Positions 1 to 9,363 of a stretch of DNA of 32,000 nt are shown here, one piece after another. Source of the stretch: Desulfocapsa sulfexigens DSM 10523. Lineage in GTDB: Bacteria; Desulfobacterota; Desulfobulbia; Desulfobulbales; Desulfocapsaceae. The notes beneath the pieces are model-generated. The model searched no databases, was not told the origin of the DNA, and was given only the letters and a program-made list of their open reading frames with translations. The position numbers and the translations under genes are program-made. The number at the start of each line of letters is the position of its first letter. The stretch's first letter is position 1. The stretch is taken from contig NC_020304.1 in NCBI RefSeq assembly GCF_000341395.1, forward strand, positions 1,800,001 to 1,832,000, given 5' to 3'.

Positions 1-348
1 TGTCATACATCCAGACTGTAAGCTTTTTGTCTACAAAATGTTCACTTTTCAAAGAGGCAGTGAAAAGAACTTAGAAATTCGGGCTGTTTTTTTCAAGGGG
101 GGATTGATGAAGAAGGGTTGTTTTGGGGAGTTTTTAGGGGAGTTACGTCTATGGTAACGGGGGTGTGTGTTCGTGTGAAGTGTGGTGTATGGAAGGCCAA
201 AAAAAAATTAAAAAAAGAAAATTCAGGGAAAATCGAGTGTACTCCCTGATATAGCGTGAACCTCTGATGTCGTTGTGTGTTTTGTTGAGATATTTGTCGT
301 TTTGTTTAGTAATTTTGAATTATTTGGAGTTAAAGAAAAACGGAAATT

Positions 349-747
349 TGTTGATAACTTGCCCTGATGCTGACTAACGTGTGAAGATAACAGCATATTG
401 AAGAGGTCAGGCTGTTCGGCCTATGAATAAAGGGTTTGAAAGAGGTGATTTCTGCAATCCCGTCTCTGCTGGGCTGTTTGGGGAGTGGGTGATAATATGT
501 GGTACTGATGGGAAAATTTGGTAGGATCGCCTTTGACCGAAATCGGGAAGTGGAGTTAATTCCCCCGCATGAGTCGCGGTGCTGAATCACAGACTGTGAC
601 CATCCTAAAAGAGAGGCAGGGTCGTCTGTCTCTTCTTTTCAAAGAGATGACTTTCAGTAGTTTAGAAAAAATTATTAAGGCTTGTAAAGCTGGATAATTG
701 GTGAATTTGGCGTGAATTCGTTGTCAGAAATGATACGCTGAGGATAA
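349..747 (+). promoter_or_regulatory. Cluster of five same-orientation DnaA-box-like 9-mers upstream of dnaA (candidate oriC / dnaA autoregulatory region)
   Basis: Matches to the TGTGGATAA consensus: TGTTGATAA 349-357 (8/9), TGAAGATAA 382-390 (7/9), GGGTGATAA 487-495 (6/9), GCTGGATAA 689-697 (7/9), TGAGGATAA 739-747 (8/9, overlapping the dnaA RBS). All have a GATAA core on the + strand. There is no convincing CDS in 1-750. Confidence 0.45.
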
Positions 748-750
748 GAT

Positions 751-2073
751 ATGGCGTGGGAACAGGTACAAAAAGCATTAAAGGACCATCTTGGTGACTC
801 TATTTACAACCTCTGGATTGACCCTCTGGAGTGTGTTTCTTACCGTGCTGATGAGGTGAGGTTAGCTTGTCCTGATCGCTTCTATCGTGCCCATCTTGAT
901 CGTAATCATCTGGCAACGGTTCAGCAGATTGTAACTGAACTCTCCGGAAATGACTGTAAAGTTATCCTTTGTGATAAGGAAACCGCGATTCTGCCGGCAG
1001 CGCAACCAAAGGGACAGCTCAGGTTGCCGCATATTCCTGAACGAAAATCCGTTGTGCGCGCTCTACACCCAAGGTATACCTTTGATGCCTTTATGCTCGG
1101 TGAGTCAAACCTTCTTGCTCAGTCTGCATGCAAGTCAATGATTAACGGAGATGATACGGTTGGATCCTGTCTCTATATTAATAGTTCAACCGGTCTTGGC
1201 AAAAGTCATTTAACTCATGCGGTAGCCCATGCTCTCCTGGCCGATTCTCCCCAAACCAGACTGCGTTATGTAACTGCTCAGCAGTTCGCTTCTGAAATGG
1301 TGCGCAGTATTCAGAGCAGAAGTATGGATACGTTTAAATCGGTTTATCACGATCATTGTGATTTTCTGCTCGTGGAAGATATTCACTCTTTACAGGGGAA
1401 AAAGAAAACCCAGGAAGAGATGAACGAATTGCTCGACGCCCTTATCAAGAGTGGTAAACGGGTCATTCTCACAGCAAATAATGCGCCAAGGGATCTTAAG
1501 GGTATTGATAATGAATTTCGTTCCCGCATGGGTGCCGGACTTGTGACAACCATTCAGGCACCTGATCTGGCCACCCGATATCGTATTGTGGAGCATAAGG
1601 CAGTGCAGAGTGGTTTGAATCTGGAAGAGGATGTTATTTCTTATATTAGTCAGCAGATTCAAGGTGATGTGCGACGTATAGAGTCAGCTCTTCTTTCACT
1701 GAGCGCTAAGGCGACTCTTGCTGGTGGGGCTGTTGAAATGGATATGGTGCGTGACGTTGTCGCTGAGATTGTGGGTTTATCGACTAATCTGACAACCACC
1801 CTTATTGGAGAGATTATCAGTCGTGAGTTCAATGTGAGTTATAAGGACCTGCAGTCGCGGTCTCGAAAAAAGGTCATTAGTTTTCCTCGTCAGGTTGCCA
1901 TGTATCTCGGGCGTAAGCATACTGAAGAGTCTCTCGGTGAGATTGGAAAAGTTTTTAACCGAAATCACGCCACTGTCCTTCATGCTGTCAAGGTCGTTTC
2001 TGAACTCTGCAGGTGTGATACTTCAGTGCGTCGTCAGATGGAAATTTTAGATCGAAAAATGGCCGAAATGTAG
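751..2073 (+). CDS. dnaA: Chromosomal replication initiator protein DnaA
   Basis: 440-aa ORF. It has AAA+ Walker A GLGKSHL, Walker B FLLVEDIH, and a C-terminal domain IV DNA-binding helix-turn-helix (FPRQVAMYLGRK...NHATVLHAVKVV). GAGGA RBS at 740-744. Confidence 0.95.
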   Translation: MAWEQVQKALKDHLGDSIYNLWIDPLECVSYRADEVRLACPDRFYRAHLDRNHLATVQQIVTELSGNDCKVILCDKETAILPAAQPKGQLRLPHIPERKSVVRALHPRYTFDAFMLGESNLLAQSACKSMINGDDTVGSCLYINSSTGLGKSHLTHAVAHALLADSPQTRLRYVTAQQFASEMVRSIQSRSMDTFKSVYHDHCDFLLVEDIHSLQGKKKTQEEMNELLDALIKSGKRVILTANNAPRDLKGIDNEFRSRMGAGLVTTIQAPDLATRYRIVEHKAVQSGLNLEEDVISYISQQIQGDVRRIESALLSLSAKATLAGGAVEMDMVRDVVAEIVGLSTNLTTTLIGEIISREFNVSYKDLQSRSRKKVISFPRQVAMYLGRKHTEESLGEIGKVFNRNHATVLHAVKVVSELCRCDTSVRRQMEILDRKMAEM

Positions 2074-2248
2074 ACTGGGACTGCCTCGAATTTCTCTTTT
2101 TTGTCAGCAGAATTCTCTTCCTGTCCTATCCTTTGTTGTGCACTCCTGTTTTTTCAATATGGCTTTGGTTTGCTAAATCGTCTATGATGGGGCATGTTTT
2201 CATGCCTTGAGCAATTTAATCATACTAGAAGAAATTTGAGGAACTCCT

Positions 2249-4474
2249 ATGACCACCCAAGAGATTATTTATACCAAAGTTGACGAGGCGCCTTCTCTGG
2301 CCTCCTATTCGCTCCTGCCAATTTTACAAGGATTCACAAAGGGATCCGGGTTCTCATTGGTGGAAAAAGATATTTCCCTGGCAGGTCGTATTCTTGCCAA
2401 TTTCCCAGAGAAACTCACCCCTGGGCAACGAGTTGCCGATGATTTAGGGGAACTTGGTCGGCTTGTCAAGGAGCCTGAGGCCAATATCGTTAAGTTGCCC
2501 AATATCAGTGCTTCCATCCCGCAGCTTACCGGGGCAATTAAGGAACTTCAGGACAAGGGATACGATATTCCTGATTATCCTGCAGAGCCTCGGAATGATA
2601 AAGAAAAAGAATTGCATGTTCGTTACTCCAGGGTGTTGGGTAGTGCGGTGAATCCAGTGTTGCGAGAGGGGAATTCTGATCGCAGGGCTGCCGCATCAGT
2701 GAAGAAAAATGGCCAGAAAAACCCTCATCGTATGATGAAGGAATGGCCGAGTGCGTCTCAATGTCGTGTAAGCCACATGGATGATGGAGACTTTTACGGG
2801 AGTGAAAAATCGGTCACTGTCAGTACTCCATGTGATGTGAGGATTGAGTGTGAATCAGAAGATGGCACAGTAACCGTATTAAATTCCAGTGTTCCGCTTC
2901 TTGCAGGTGAGGTGATCGATGCATCGGTCATGAATGTCCGCAGGTTGCGTCAGTTTTTTGCAGATCAGATTGCGGTGGCTAAAAAAGAGGGGCTTCTGCT
3001 TTCGCTTCATCTAAAAGCAACTATGATGAAAGTTTCCGATCCCATCATGTTTGGTCACTGTGTTTCCGTTTTTTACAAGGATGTTTTTGATAAACATGGG
3101 GAGTTGTTCGCGACCCTTGGAGTGAACGTCAATAATGGAATTGCTGACGTTTACGACCGTATTGGGGCACTGGGAAACACTCAGCAGGAAGAGATAAAGA
3201 ATGATATAATGGCAACCTATGAACGCAATTGTGAGCTTGCCATGGTCGATTCCAGTAAGGGGATTACCAATCTCCATGTGCCTAATAATATTATTATTGA
3301 TGCTTCCGTCCCCGTTGTTGTCCGTGATGGGGGCAGGATGTGGGGGGCGGACGATAAGCTTCATGATACCAATGCCATGATTCCTGATCGTTGTTATGCC
3401 ACAATCTACCGGGAGGTCGTGCTTGACTGTCAAAAAAATGGTGCCTTTGATCCAGCTACCATGGGCAGTGTTTCAAATGTCGGTCTCATGGCTCAGAAGG
3501 CTGAGGAGTATGGATCCCACGATAAGACGTTTGAGGCACCGGTGAATGGCACTGTCCGCGTGGTTGACGAAACAGGAAAGATACTTCTTGAACAGAGTGT
3601 TGAGAAGGGTGATATCTTCAGGATGTGTCAGACCAAGGATGCACCTGTTCGTGACTGGGTGAAACTTGCGGTAACTCGTGCCAGGGCAACTGGCTCTCCA
3701 GCCCTCTTCTGGCTTGACCCGGATCGTGCTCATGACGCCGAAATTATTGCCAAGGTAAAACAGTATCTTTCAAATCACGATACAACGGATCTTGACGTTC
3801 GTCTTGTTACTCCTGTCCAGGGGATGCAGGAATCTCTCAGGCGTATCAGAAAGGGAGAGGATACAATCTCGGTGACAGGCAATGTTCTTCGTGATTACTT
3901 AACTGATCTTTTCCCAATTTTAGAGCTTGGAACCAGTGCTAAGATGTTATCCATTGTTCCCCTTATGAATGGTGGCGGCCTCTTTGAAACAGGGGCTGGC
4001 GGGTCTGCCCCCAAGCATGTCCAACAGCTGTTGACTGAAGGTCATTTGCGCTGGGATTCTCTGGGTGAGTTCTGCGCTATGGTGCCCTCTTTTGAGCACC
4101 TTTCTGCAACATTTAAAAATGAGAAGGCGGCACTCTTTGCCGAGACACTGGATCAGGCTATTGGGGATTTTCTCGCAAGCGAGAAGTCACCGTCCCGCAG
4201 AGTCGGTGAGATTGATACCCGAGGCAGTCACTTTTATCTGGCACTGAGCTGGGCAAGGGTACTTGCTACACAGACAAAAGATATTGATTTGCAGAAAAAA
4301 TTTACTGCTGTCGCCAAGGCACTTACTGATAATGAAACAGAAATTGTTGATGAAATGATCAGTTGTCAGGGGCAGGCGGTTGACGTGGGTGGTTACTATA
4401 TGCCGGAGTTGTCTAAGGTCTCTGCTGTTATGCGTCCAAGTAAGACATTCAATAGAATTGTTGATGGATCGTAG
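2249..4474 (+). CDS. icd: Isocitrate dehydrogenase (NADP), monomeric type
   Basis: 741-aa ORF collinear with monomeric IDHs as I recall the Azotobacter vinelandii enzyme. Shared blocks: [117 protein letters not shown] upstream. Confidence 0.93.
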   Translation: MTTQEIIYTKVDEAPSLASYSLLPILQGFTKGSGFSLVEKDISLAGRILANFPEKLTPGQRVADDLGELGRLVKEPEANIVKLPNISASIPQLTGAIKELQDKGYDIPDYPAEPRNDKEKELHVRYSRVLGSAVNPVLREGNSDRRAAASVKKNGQKNPHRMMKEWPSASQCRVSHMDDGDFYGSEKSVTVSTPCDVRIECESEDGTVTVLNSSVPLLAGEVIDASVMNVRRLRQFFADQIAVAKKEGLLLSLHLKATMMKVSDPIMFGHCVSVFYKDVFDKHGELFATLGVNVNNGIADVYDRIGALGNTQQEEIKNDIMATYERNCELAMVDSSKGITNLHVPNNIIIDASVPVVVRDGGRMWGADDKLHDTNAMIPDRCYATIYREVVLDCQKNGAFDPATMGSVSNVGLMAQKAEEYGSHDKTFEAPVNGTVRVVDETGKILLEQSVEKGDIFRMCQTKDAPVRDWVKLAVTRARATGSPALFWLDPDRAHDAEIIAKVKQYLSNHDTTDLDVRLVTPVQGMQESLRRIRKGEDTISVTGNVLRDYLTDLFPILELGTSAKMLSIVPLMNGGGLFETGAGGSAPKHVQQLLTEGHLRWDSLGEFCAMVPSFEHLSATFKNEKAALFAETLDQAIGDFLASEKSPSRRVGEIDTRGSHFYLALSWARVLATQTKDIDLQKKFTAVAKALTDNETEIVDEMISCQGQAVDVGGYYMPELSKVSAVMRPSKTFNRIVDGS

Positions 4475-4504
4475 TGGGATGCACTGACTTCGGTGAGATG
4501 GGTG

Positions 4505-4554
4505 ACGGGGTGGATGCTGGATGCACCTGCTATTTACCCCGTTGCTTTTTTTTT
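4505..4554 (+). terminator. Probable rho-independent terminator after icd
   Basis: ACGGGGT (4505-4511) pairs with ACCCCGT (4536-4542). It is followed by TGC and a T9 run (4546-4554). The loop is long (24 nt) and contains a TGGATGC tandem duplication, which lowers confidence. Confidence 0.5.
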
Positions 4555-4752
4555 ATCTTCCCATGACACCGTGTAAGAACTCTCCTGTTGTGGGGCCAGG
4601 AAAAATAAGCCGTGAAGTTTGTAGTCCCATGTGCTGCGTTATGAACATTTTGTAAACAAAAAAGTAACGCATCAACTGCACTCTATTGTTTTACTAAATG
4701 TTCCCCCCCCTCAAAAAAAAAAGGGTACTGAGAAAAACACGAGAAAGGCGGG

Positions 4753-6156
4753 CTAGAAGTAGACCTTTTTCACTTCAGCGTTATCTTCTCCATCATCCTG
4801 TTCGCCCTGCCTGATTGCCTCACTCACGCGAAAGGCGGTTTTGATCATATCGTTAAGCCCAATACCTTCCCATCCAAATCCTGTAACATACAGCCCCTTT
4901 TCTTCTTTCATTATTGTATTGCGCCATTTGAGAAGTGCGGGGTACCCCTTTTCCAGTTGTGGGATTCCCCAAGGCGAGCGAAGGACTCTGGCGTATTCTG
5001 GCGGTTGGGGAAGGTTCAGGAGTTGCTGTAAATCCTGCACTGCCTTTTGAATCAATGTGTCATCGTCGAGTTCAAGGCGTTCGGGGTGTCTACGTCCTCC
5101 AATCAGTGCTTCCAGCAGAATATGGTCCTTTGGGGCACGACCTGGAAACATGTTGGAGGAGAAAAGTGCCCCAAGGCAAAACCGCTGTTCCCGTTCCGGT
5201 GCCAGATAACCAAAACCTGGGGGGATATGTGCTTCCTGGCCAAAACCCATGGCAATGGTGACAATTCGGGCTTCGGGGATTGTTGCAACTGGTGCTGCTG
5301 TAACACTATTTGCTAGAAGAGAAAGAGACGCGTTGACGGGCAGTGCCAGCACAAGATTACGGCAGCTATAGGTTGTCTCTGCCGTTGTCACTTCCCAGCC
5401 GTTGCTGTTTCGTGAAATTCGTGTTGCAGGACAGTTTCTGTGTATCTCGTCATTGCTTAAATTTTCGTATAGGCGCTCCGCCAATCTCCCCATGCCGGTA
5501 GGAAAACTGGTCATGGCGGGAAGGCCCTTCTTTTTCCCAGGTTGCTTTGCCTTTTTTCCTGCCTTCATCTTTTTTAACAGACCGTAGATGACGGAGCCAT
5601 GCTCCTGCTCAATCTTGCGTACTCCGGGCATCACGCCATCAATAACCAGTCGTTCCAGATCTCCTGCGTAGGTTCCTGTAAAAACTGCGTCAACGTAGGG
5701 GAGTAATGCTTTGCCAAAACGGTATTTAACCCATTCACCTACCGTGGGCTCACCCTGCAAAGGTTTCTTGAAAAAGTCGCCGGCAACGCGCAGCTTGGCG
5801 AGAGGAGAGATAAGTGGGGCTGCAAGAATTTTCAGCGGTGATTGGGGGATGAGTCTGAGTGTGGCATCCATGCAGACATAGCGAACAAACTGGGAAAGAG
5901 GTGCCTTGAGGCACTCTTTGTCAAGTCCTGTTTCTCTGAGGAGCGTCTGCGATTCCAGACAGTTGTCGAGGAATCCGTGAGGGCCACCCTCGGCAATGTA
6001 ACCGGACTCTGCATGGCTGGAGATAGCACCTCCTGCTCTGTCAGACTGTTCGAGCAGGAGAATGGAATGGCCCGGGATCTGTTTCAGTTTCCAGGCAACC
6101 GTCAGCCCTGAAAGCCCGGCTCCGATGATCAGCGTATCTTTTTTCATTGATTCCAT
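4753..6156 (-). CDS. hemY: HemY-type FAD-dependent protoporphyrinogen/coproporphyrinogen oxidase
   Basis: 467-aa ORF. N-terminal FAD dinucleotide fold IIGAGLSGLTVAWKL...LLEQSDRAGG. Length and the C-terminal GLYVTGFGWEGIGLNDMI block are typical of HemY/CgoX oxidases. The start is ambiguous: ATG 6156, or ATG 6147, which is better spaced from an AGGA. Confidence 0.72.
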   Translation of the reverse strand: MESMKKDTLIIGAGLSGLTVAWKLKQIPGHSILLLEQSDRAGGAISSHAESGYIAEGGPHGFLDNCLESQTLLRETGLDKECLKAPLSQFVRYVCMDATLRLIPQSPLKILAAPLISPLAKLRVAGDFFKKPLQGEPTVGEWVKYRFGKALLPYVDAVFTGTYAGDLERLVIDGVMPGVRKIEQEHGSVIYGLLKKMKAGKKAKQPGKKKGLPAMTSFPTGMGRLAERLYENLSNDEIHRNCPATRISRNSNGWEVTTAETTYSCRNLVLALPVNASLSLLANSVTAAPVATIPEARIVTIAMGFGQEAHIPPGFGYLAPEREQRFCLGALFSSNMFPGRAPKDHILLEALIGGRRHPERLELDDDTLIQKAVQDLQQLLNLPQPPEYARVLRSPWGIPQLEKGYPALLKWRNTIMKEEKGLYVTGFGWEGIGLNDMIKTAFRVSEAIRQGEQDDGEDNAEVKKVYF

Positions 6157-6196
6157 GTCCTGATGATAGTTTGTCTGGCCCAGCGTGACGGAATGC

Positions 6197-6224
6197 TTGA
6201 CAGTAAAACATATGTGCTTATCAT
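6197..6224 (+). promoter_or_regulatory. Sigma70-like promoter candidate for htpG
   Basis: TTGACA (6197-6202), 16-nt spacer, TATCAT (6219-6224), about 85 nt upstream of the htpG ATG in the hemY/htpG divergent intergenic region. Confidence 0.35.
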
Positions 6225-6309
6225 TTTGGCCGACTTGATAAGAAAAAGCAATGGAATTGAGGGTGGTTTTCCCCTTAATTCCTTATGAATTGTAAGAGGA
6301 GGAAGTACA

Positions 6310-8181
6310 ATGACAAACCAGGCTACAACCCATGAATTTCAAGCAGAAACAAAAAGACTTCTGGATATCGTAATCAATTCGCTTTACACCGAGCGTGATA
6401 TTTTTATCCGGGAGCTTATCTCCAACAGCTCGGATGCACTTGAAAAGATGCGCCATGAGAGTTTAACCAAAGAAGATGTCTTTGATGCTCACGTTCCCCT
6501 GGAGGTGAGTATTGATCTTGATGAAGAAAAGCATACCATGACAATCACCGATACTGGTATTGGAATGACACGGGCAGAGCTTGAAACTAATCTTGGAACT
6601 ATTGCCCATTCCGGTTCGGGCAAATTTGTTGCGGAGCTGGCAGAAGCTGCACGTAAGGATGTGAATCTTATTGGTCAGTTTGGAGTAGGCTTTTATGCAG
6701 CCTTTATGGCGGGCAGCAAGGTGACTGTGCAGAGTCGTTCCTGGGACGGATCTGAAGGAAATGAGTGGGTTTCAGAAGGCGCAGGAAGTTTCACTATCTC
6801 CGAAAAACCGGGTCTTCACCGTGGCACAAAAATTATTATAGAACTGAAAGATGATGCCCATGATTATGACAAGAAATGGAAAGTTGAGGGCATTATCAAG
6901 CAGTACTCCACTTTTGTCCCCTTTCCCATCAAGCTTGAAGGTGAGACCGTAAACACGGTTCAGGCCATCTGGACCAGAAATAAAAGTGAGATCACCGACG
7001 AAGAGTACAATGATTTCTATAAATTTGTCGGAAATGCATTTGACGAGCCTCATTATCGACTCCATTTTTCAGTTGATGCCCCACTTGCCATTAATGCGGT
7101 TCTGTTTGCCCCTAAGGAAAACTTCGAAGCCATGGGGTTTGGCCGTGTTGATCCCGGTGTGAACCTCTACTGTCAGAAGGTTTTGATCGATCAGCATTCA
7201 GAGAACATCCTTCCCGAGTGGCTACGTTTTCTGAAGGGTGTGGTGGATAGCGAAGATCTACCTCTTAATATCTCCCGTCAGGCTCTTCAGGACAATGCGC
7301 TGGTTATGAAACTCCGTAAGGTGATCACCAAGCGGTTTTTGAAGTTTCTGGCAGAGGAGGCCAAGCGTGATTCCGAATACTACCTTGATTTCTGGAACAC
7401 CTTTGGCATTTACTTGAAAGAGGGGGTTACTTCGGATTTCGAATTTCAGAAGGAACTGGCACAGCTTGTCCGGTTTGAGTCCTCTCGCTCCGAAGATGGC
7501 AAGCCCACCTCACTTGCTGAGTATGTTGAGCGGATGGCAGAAGGACAGGAAGAAATTTATTATATCAATGGTCCTAGTCGTGCAGCCATCGAGGCTGGTC
7601 CCTATGTTGAGATGTTTAAAAAGAAAAACATCGAAATTGTCTATACCATGGAGCCGATCGATGACTTTGTGCTCAACCATTTGGGTGAGTTTGAGGGCAA
7701 GAAACTGGTTTCCGCTGATCGTGCAGATCTTGATCTCTCAAAGAGCGGTGATGATACGGACAGCGATGAGGAGACTGCCGAAAAACTGAGCAGCGGTGAC
7801 AGCAGTGATCTTCTGACCTGGTTGAAGAAAACCCTTGAGGATAAGGTCGCTGAAGTAATTGAGTCTAAGCGTCTGGTGGACTCCCCGGCAATGATTGTCA
7901 ACCCCGATGGCTATATGACTTCTTCCATGGAGCGGATTATGGCGGCAAGTCGTATGGAGAAGGGTCTTGCCCACGAGGCCAGTAAAAAGAATCTTGAGGT
8001 CAACCTTTCAAGTCCGCTGATCAAACAGCTTGCGGATCTTGTTAAAAGTGATGAGTCCTTTGCCTCTGATGTGGCATTCCAGATCTATGATAATGCAATG
8101 ATTCAGGCAGGTCTTGTGGTTGATCCTATGGTGATGGTAGAGAGGAACTACAAAATTCTAAGTAAGGCTGTTGGTGTTTGA
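6310..8181 (+). CDS. htpG: Molecular chaperone HtpG (Hsp90 family)
   Basis: 623-aa ORF. GHKL/Hsp90 N-terminal ATPase motifs (EFQAETKRLLDIVINSLYTERDIFIRELISNSSDALEK, DTGIGMT, GQFGVGFYAAF), an acidic charged linker, and a strong AGGAGGA RBS. Confidence 0.95.
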   Translation: MTNQATTHEFQAETKRLLDIVINSLYTERDIFIRELISNSSDALEKMRHESLTKEDVFDAHVPLEVSIDLDEEKHTMTITDTGIGMTRAELETNLGTIAHSGSGKFVAELAEAARKDVNLIGQFGVGFYAAFMAGSKVTVQSRSWDGSEGNEWVSEGAGSFTISEKPGLHRGTKIIIELKDDAHDYDKKWKVEGIIKQYSTFVPFPIKLEGETVNTVQAIWTRNKSEITDEEYNDFYKFVGNAFDEPHYRLHFSVDAPLAINAVLFAPKENFEAMGFGRVDPGVNLYCQKVLIDQHSENILPEWLRFLKGVVDSEDLPLNISRQALQDNALVMKLRKVITKRFLKFLAEEAKRDSEYYLDFWNTFGIYLKEGVTSDFEFQKELAQLVRFESSRSEDGKPTSLAEYVERMAEGQEEIYYINGPSRAAIEAGPYVEMFKKKNIEIVYTMEPIDDFVLNHLGEFEGKKLVSADRADLDLSKSGDDTDSDEETAEKLSSGDSSDLLTWLKKTLEDKVAEVIESKRLVDSPAMIVNPDGYMTSSMERIMAASRMEKGLAHEASKKNLEVNLSSPLIKQLADLVKSDESFASDVAFQIYDNAMIQAGLVVDPMVMVERNYKILSKAVGV

Positions 8182-8219
8182 GCCACTTAGGTATTGAAAA
8201 AAGCACTTCATCACGCTAT

Positions 8220-8271
8220 AGAACGGTTGGAAATCACTAACTCTACGGTTTTTTCAACCGTTCTTTTTTTT
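8220..8271 (+). terminator. Rho-independent terminator after htpG
   Basis: Two alternative stems. AGAACGGTTG (8220-8229) pairs perfectly with CAACCGTTCT (8255-8264). Alternatively ACGGTT (8245-8250) pairs with AACCGT (8256-8261) around a 5-nt loop. Either is followed by a T-run ending at 8271. Confidence 0.7.
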
Positions 8272-8285
8272 AGCTGGAGATTCCT

Positions 8286-8684
8286 ATGCTAAACAGTATT
8301 CGTTTTTTTGGTTTTTCATGTATTCTTTTTCTGATTCTTGGGTTGACGGGTTGTTCCGGAACACCTACGCGTCACCTGGTCTCCGATGTAAGCATGATTA
8401 CATCCGGTCAGTCCTCCCGTGAGGATGTGCTTGCTCTTATGGGAGTCCCTGATTCTAAACGTATGGTGACTCCTGCTATCGAGGAGTGGGTCTACTACGA
8501 AGAGGATCGGGCGCTCCTTCAGAGTACACCGTTTGTAGGTGGAGTTTTTAATGCTGACGGTTATAACATGGTGCTTATCACCTTCTCCGGGGATATGGTG
8601 GCAACCTGCAATTATCGCGGATACCTTGATGATGAGTTTGACTGGCAGGACGATTATTCCTGGCAGGAGACTGAAAAGCAGTGA
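8286..8684 (+). CDS. Lipoprotein, possibly BamE/SmpA-OmlA-like
   Basis: 132 aa. Signal peptide with lipobox LTG-C (Cys23). The mature part has a SmpA/OmlA-like segment (SREDVLALMGVPD). The stop overlaps the pcm start (GTGA). Confidence 0.6.
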   Translation: MLNSIRFFGFSCILFLILGLTGCSGTPTRHLVSDVSMITSGQSSREDVLALMGVPDSKRMVTPAIEEWVYYEEDRALLQSTPFVGGVFNADGYNMVLITFSGDMVATCNYRGYLDDEFDWQDDYSWQETEKQ

Positions 8685-9325
8685 CAGACCATTTTGTCAC
8701 AGTGCGGGAGCGCATGGTACAGGAGCAACTCCTGTGCCGTGGTATCAGTGATGAACGGGTTTTGAAGGTTATGTCAGAGGTGCCCAGGCATCTTTTTGTT
8801 GAGGATGCTCAACGAGCAAGAGCCTACGGCGACCATCCTCTTCCCATCGCCAGTGATCAGACGATTTCTCAGCCTTTCGTTGTGGCGGCTATGACTCAGG
8901 CACTGCACCTGCAAGGAACGGAAAGGGTTCTTGAAATTGGCACTGGTTCAGGATATCAGGCCGCTGTACTCTCCAGGTTGTGCGAGAAAGTGTTTACTGT
9001 TGAGCGAGTGCATATTCTCCTCTCTGGAGCCCGTAAGGTTTTTGATCAGCTCCATTACTATAATATCCTCTCCCGTCTTGATGATGGCACCATGGGCTGG
9101 CAGGAGCATGCGCCCTATGATGCGATCATTGTCACAGCAGGTGGCCCCGAGATTCCCCAACCCTTGATAGATCAGCTTGCAGATCCCGGTCGCATGGTGA
9201 TTCCTGTCGGTGAACGTGAAGTGCAGGAGTTGCTTCTTCTCACGAAGCAGGATGGTGAGGTTGCCGTCGAACGCCTCGAAAGCGTCCGTTTCGTAAGTCT
9301 GATTGGAGAGCATGGGTGGAAATGA
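8681..9325 (+). CDS. pcm: Protein-L-isoaspartate O-methyltransferase
   Basis: 214 aa. GTG start overlaps the upstream stop. Motifs TISQPFVVAAM and the SAM-binding VLEIGTGSGYQAAVL. Confidence 0.9.
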   Translation: MTDHFVTVRERMVQEQLLCRGISDERVLKVMSEVPRHLFVEDAQRARAYGDHPLPIASDQTISQPFVVAAMTQALHLQGTERVLEIGTGSGYQAAVLSRLCEKVFTVERVHILLSGARKVFDQLHYYNILSRLDDGTMGWQEHAPYDAIIVTAGGPEIPQPLIDQLADPGRMVIPVGEREVQELLLLTKQDGEVAVERLESVRFVSLIGEHGWK

Positions 9326-9363
9326 CAGTGATGTTTGTTGCTTCTGTGGCAAGATAAAAGGTT

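Noticed and set aside
330-590. 86-aa minus-strand ORF in the region upstream of dnaA.
   Set aside because: It has no RBS, an odd composition and no family resemblance. It overlaps the DnaA-box-like cluster, so the region is more plausibly non-coding origin or regulatory DNA.
6234-6278. Possible sigma32 heat-shock promoter for htpG: CTTGATA at 6234-6240 and CCCCTTAA at 6271-6278.
   Set aside because: The two elements are 30 nt apart, whereas sigma32 promoters need about 13-15 nt. The geometry does not fit, so I listed only the sigma70-like candidate.
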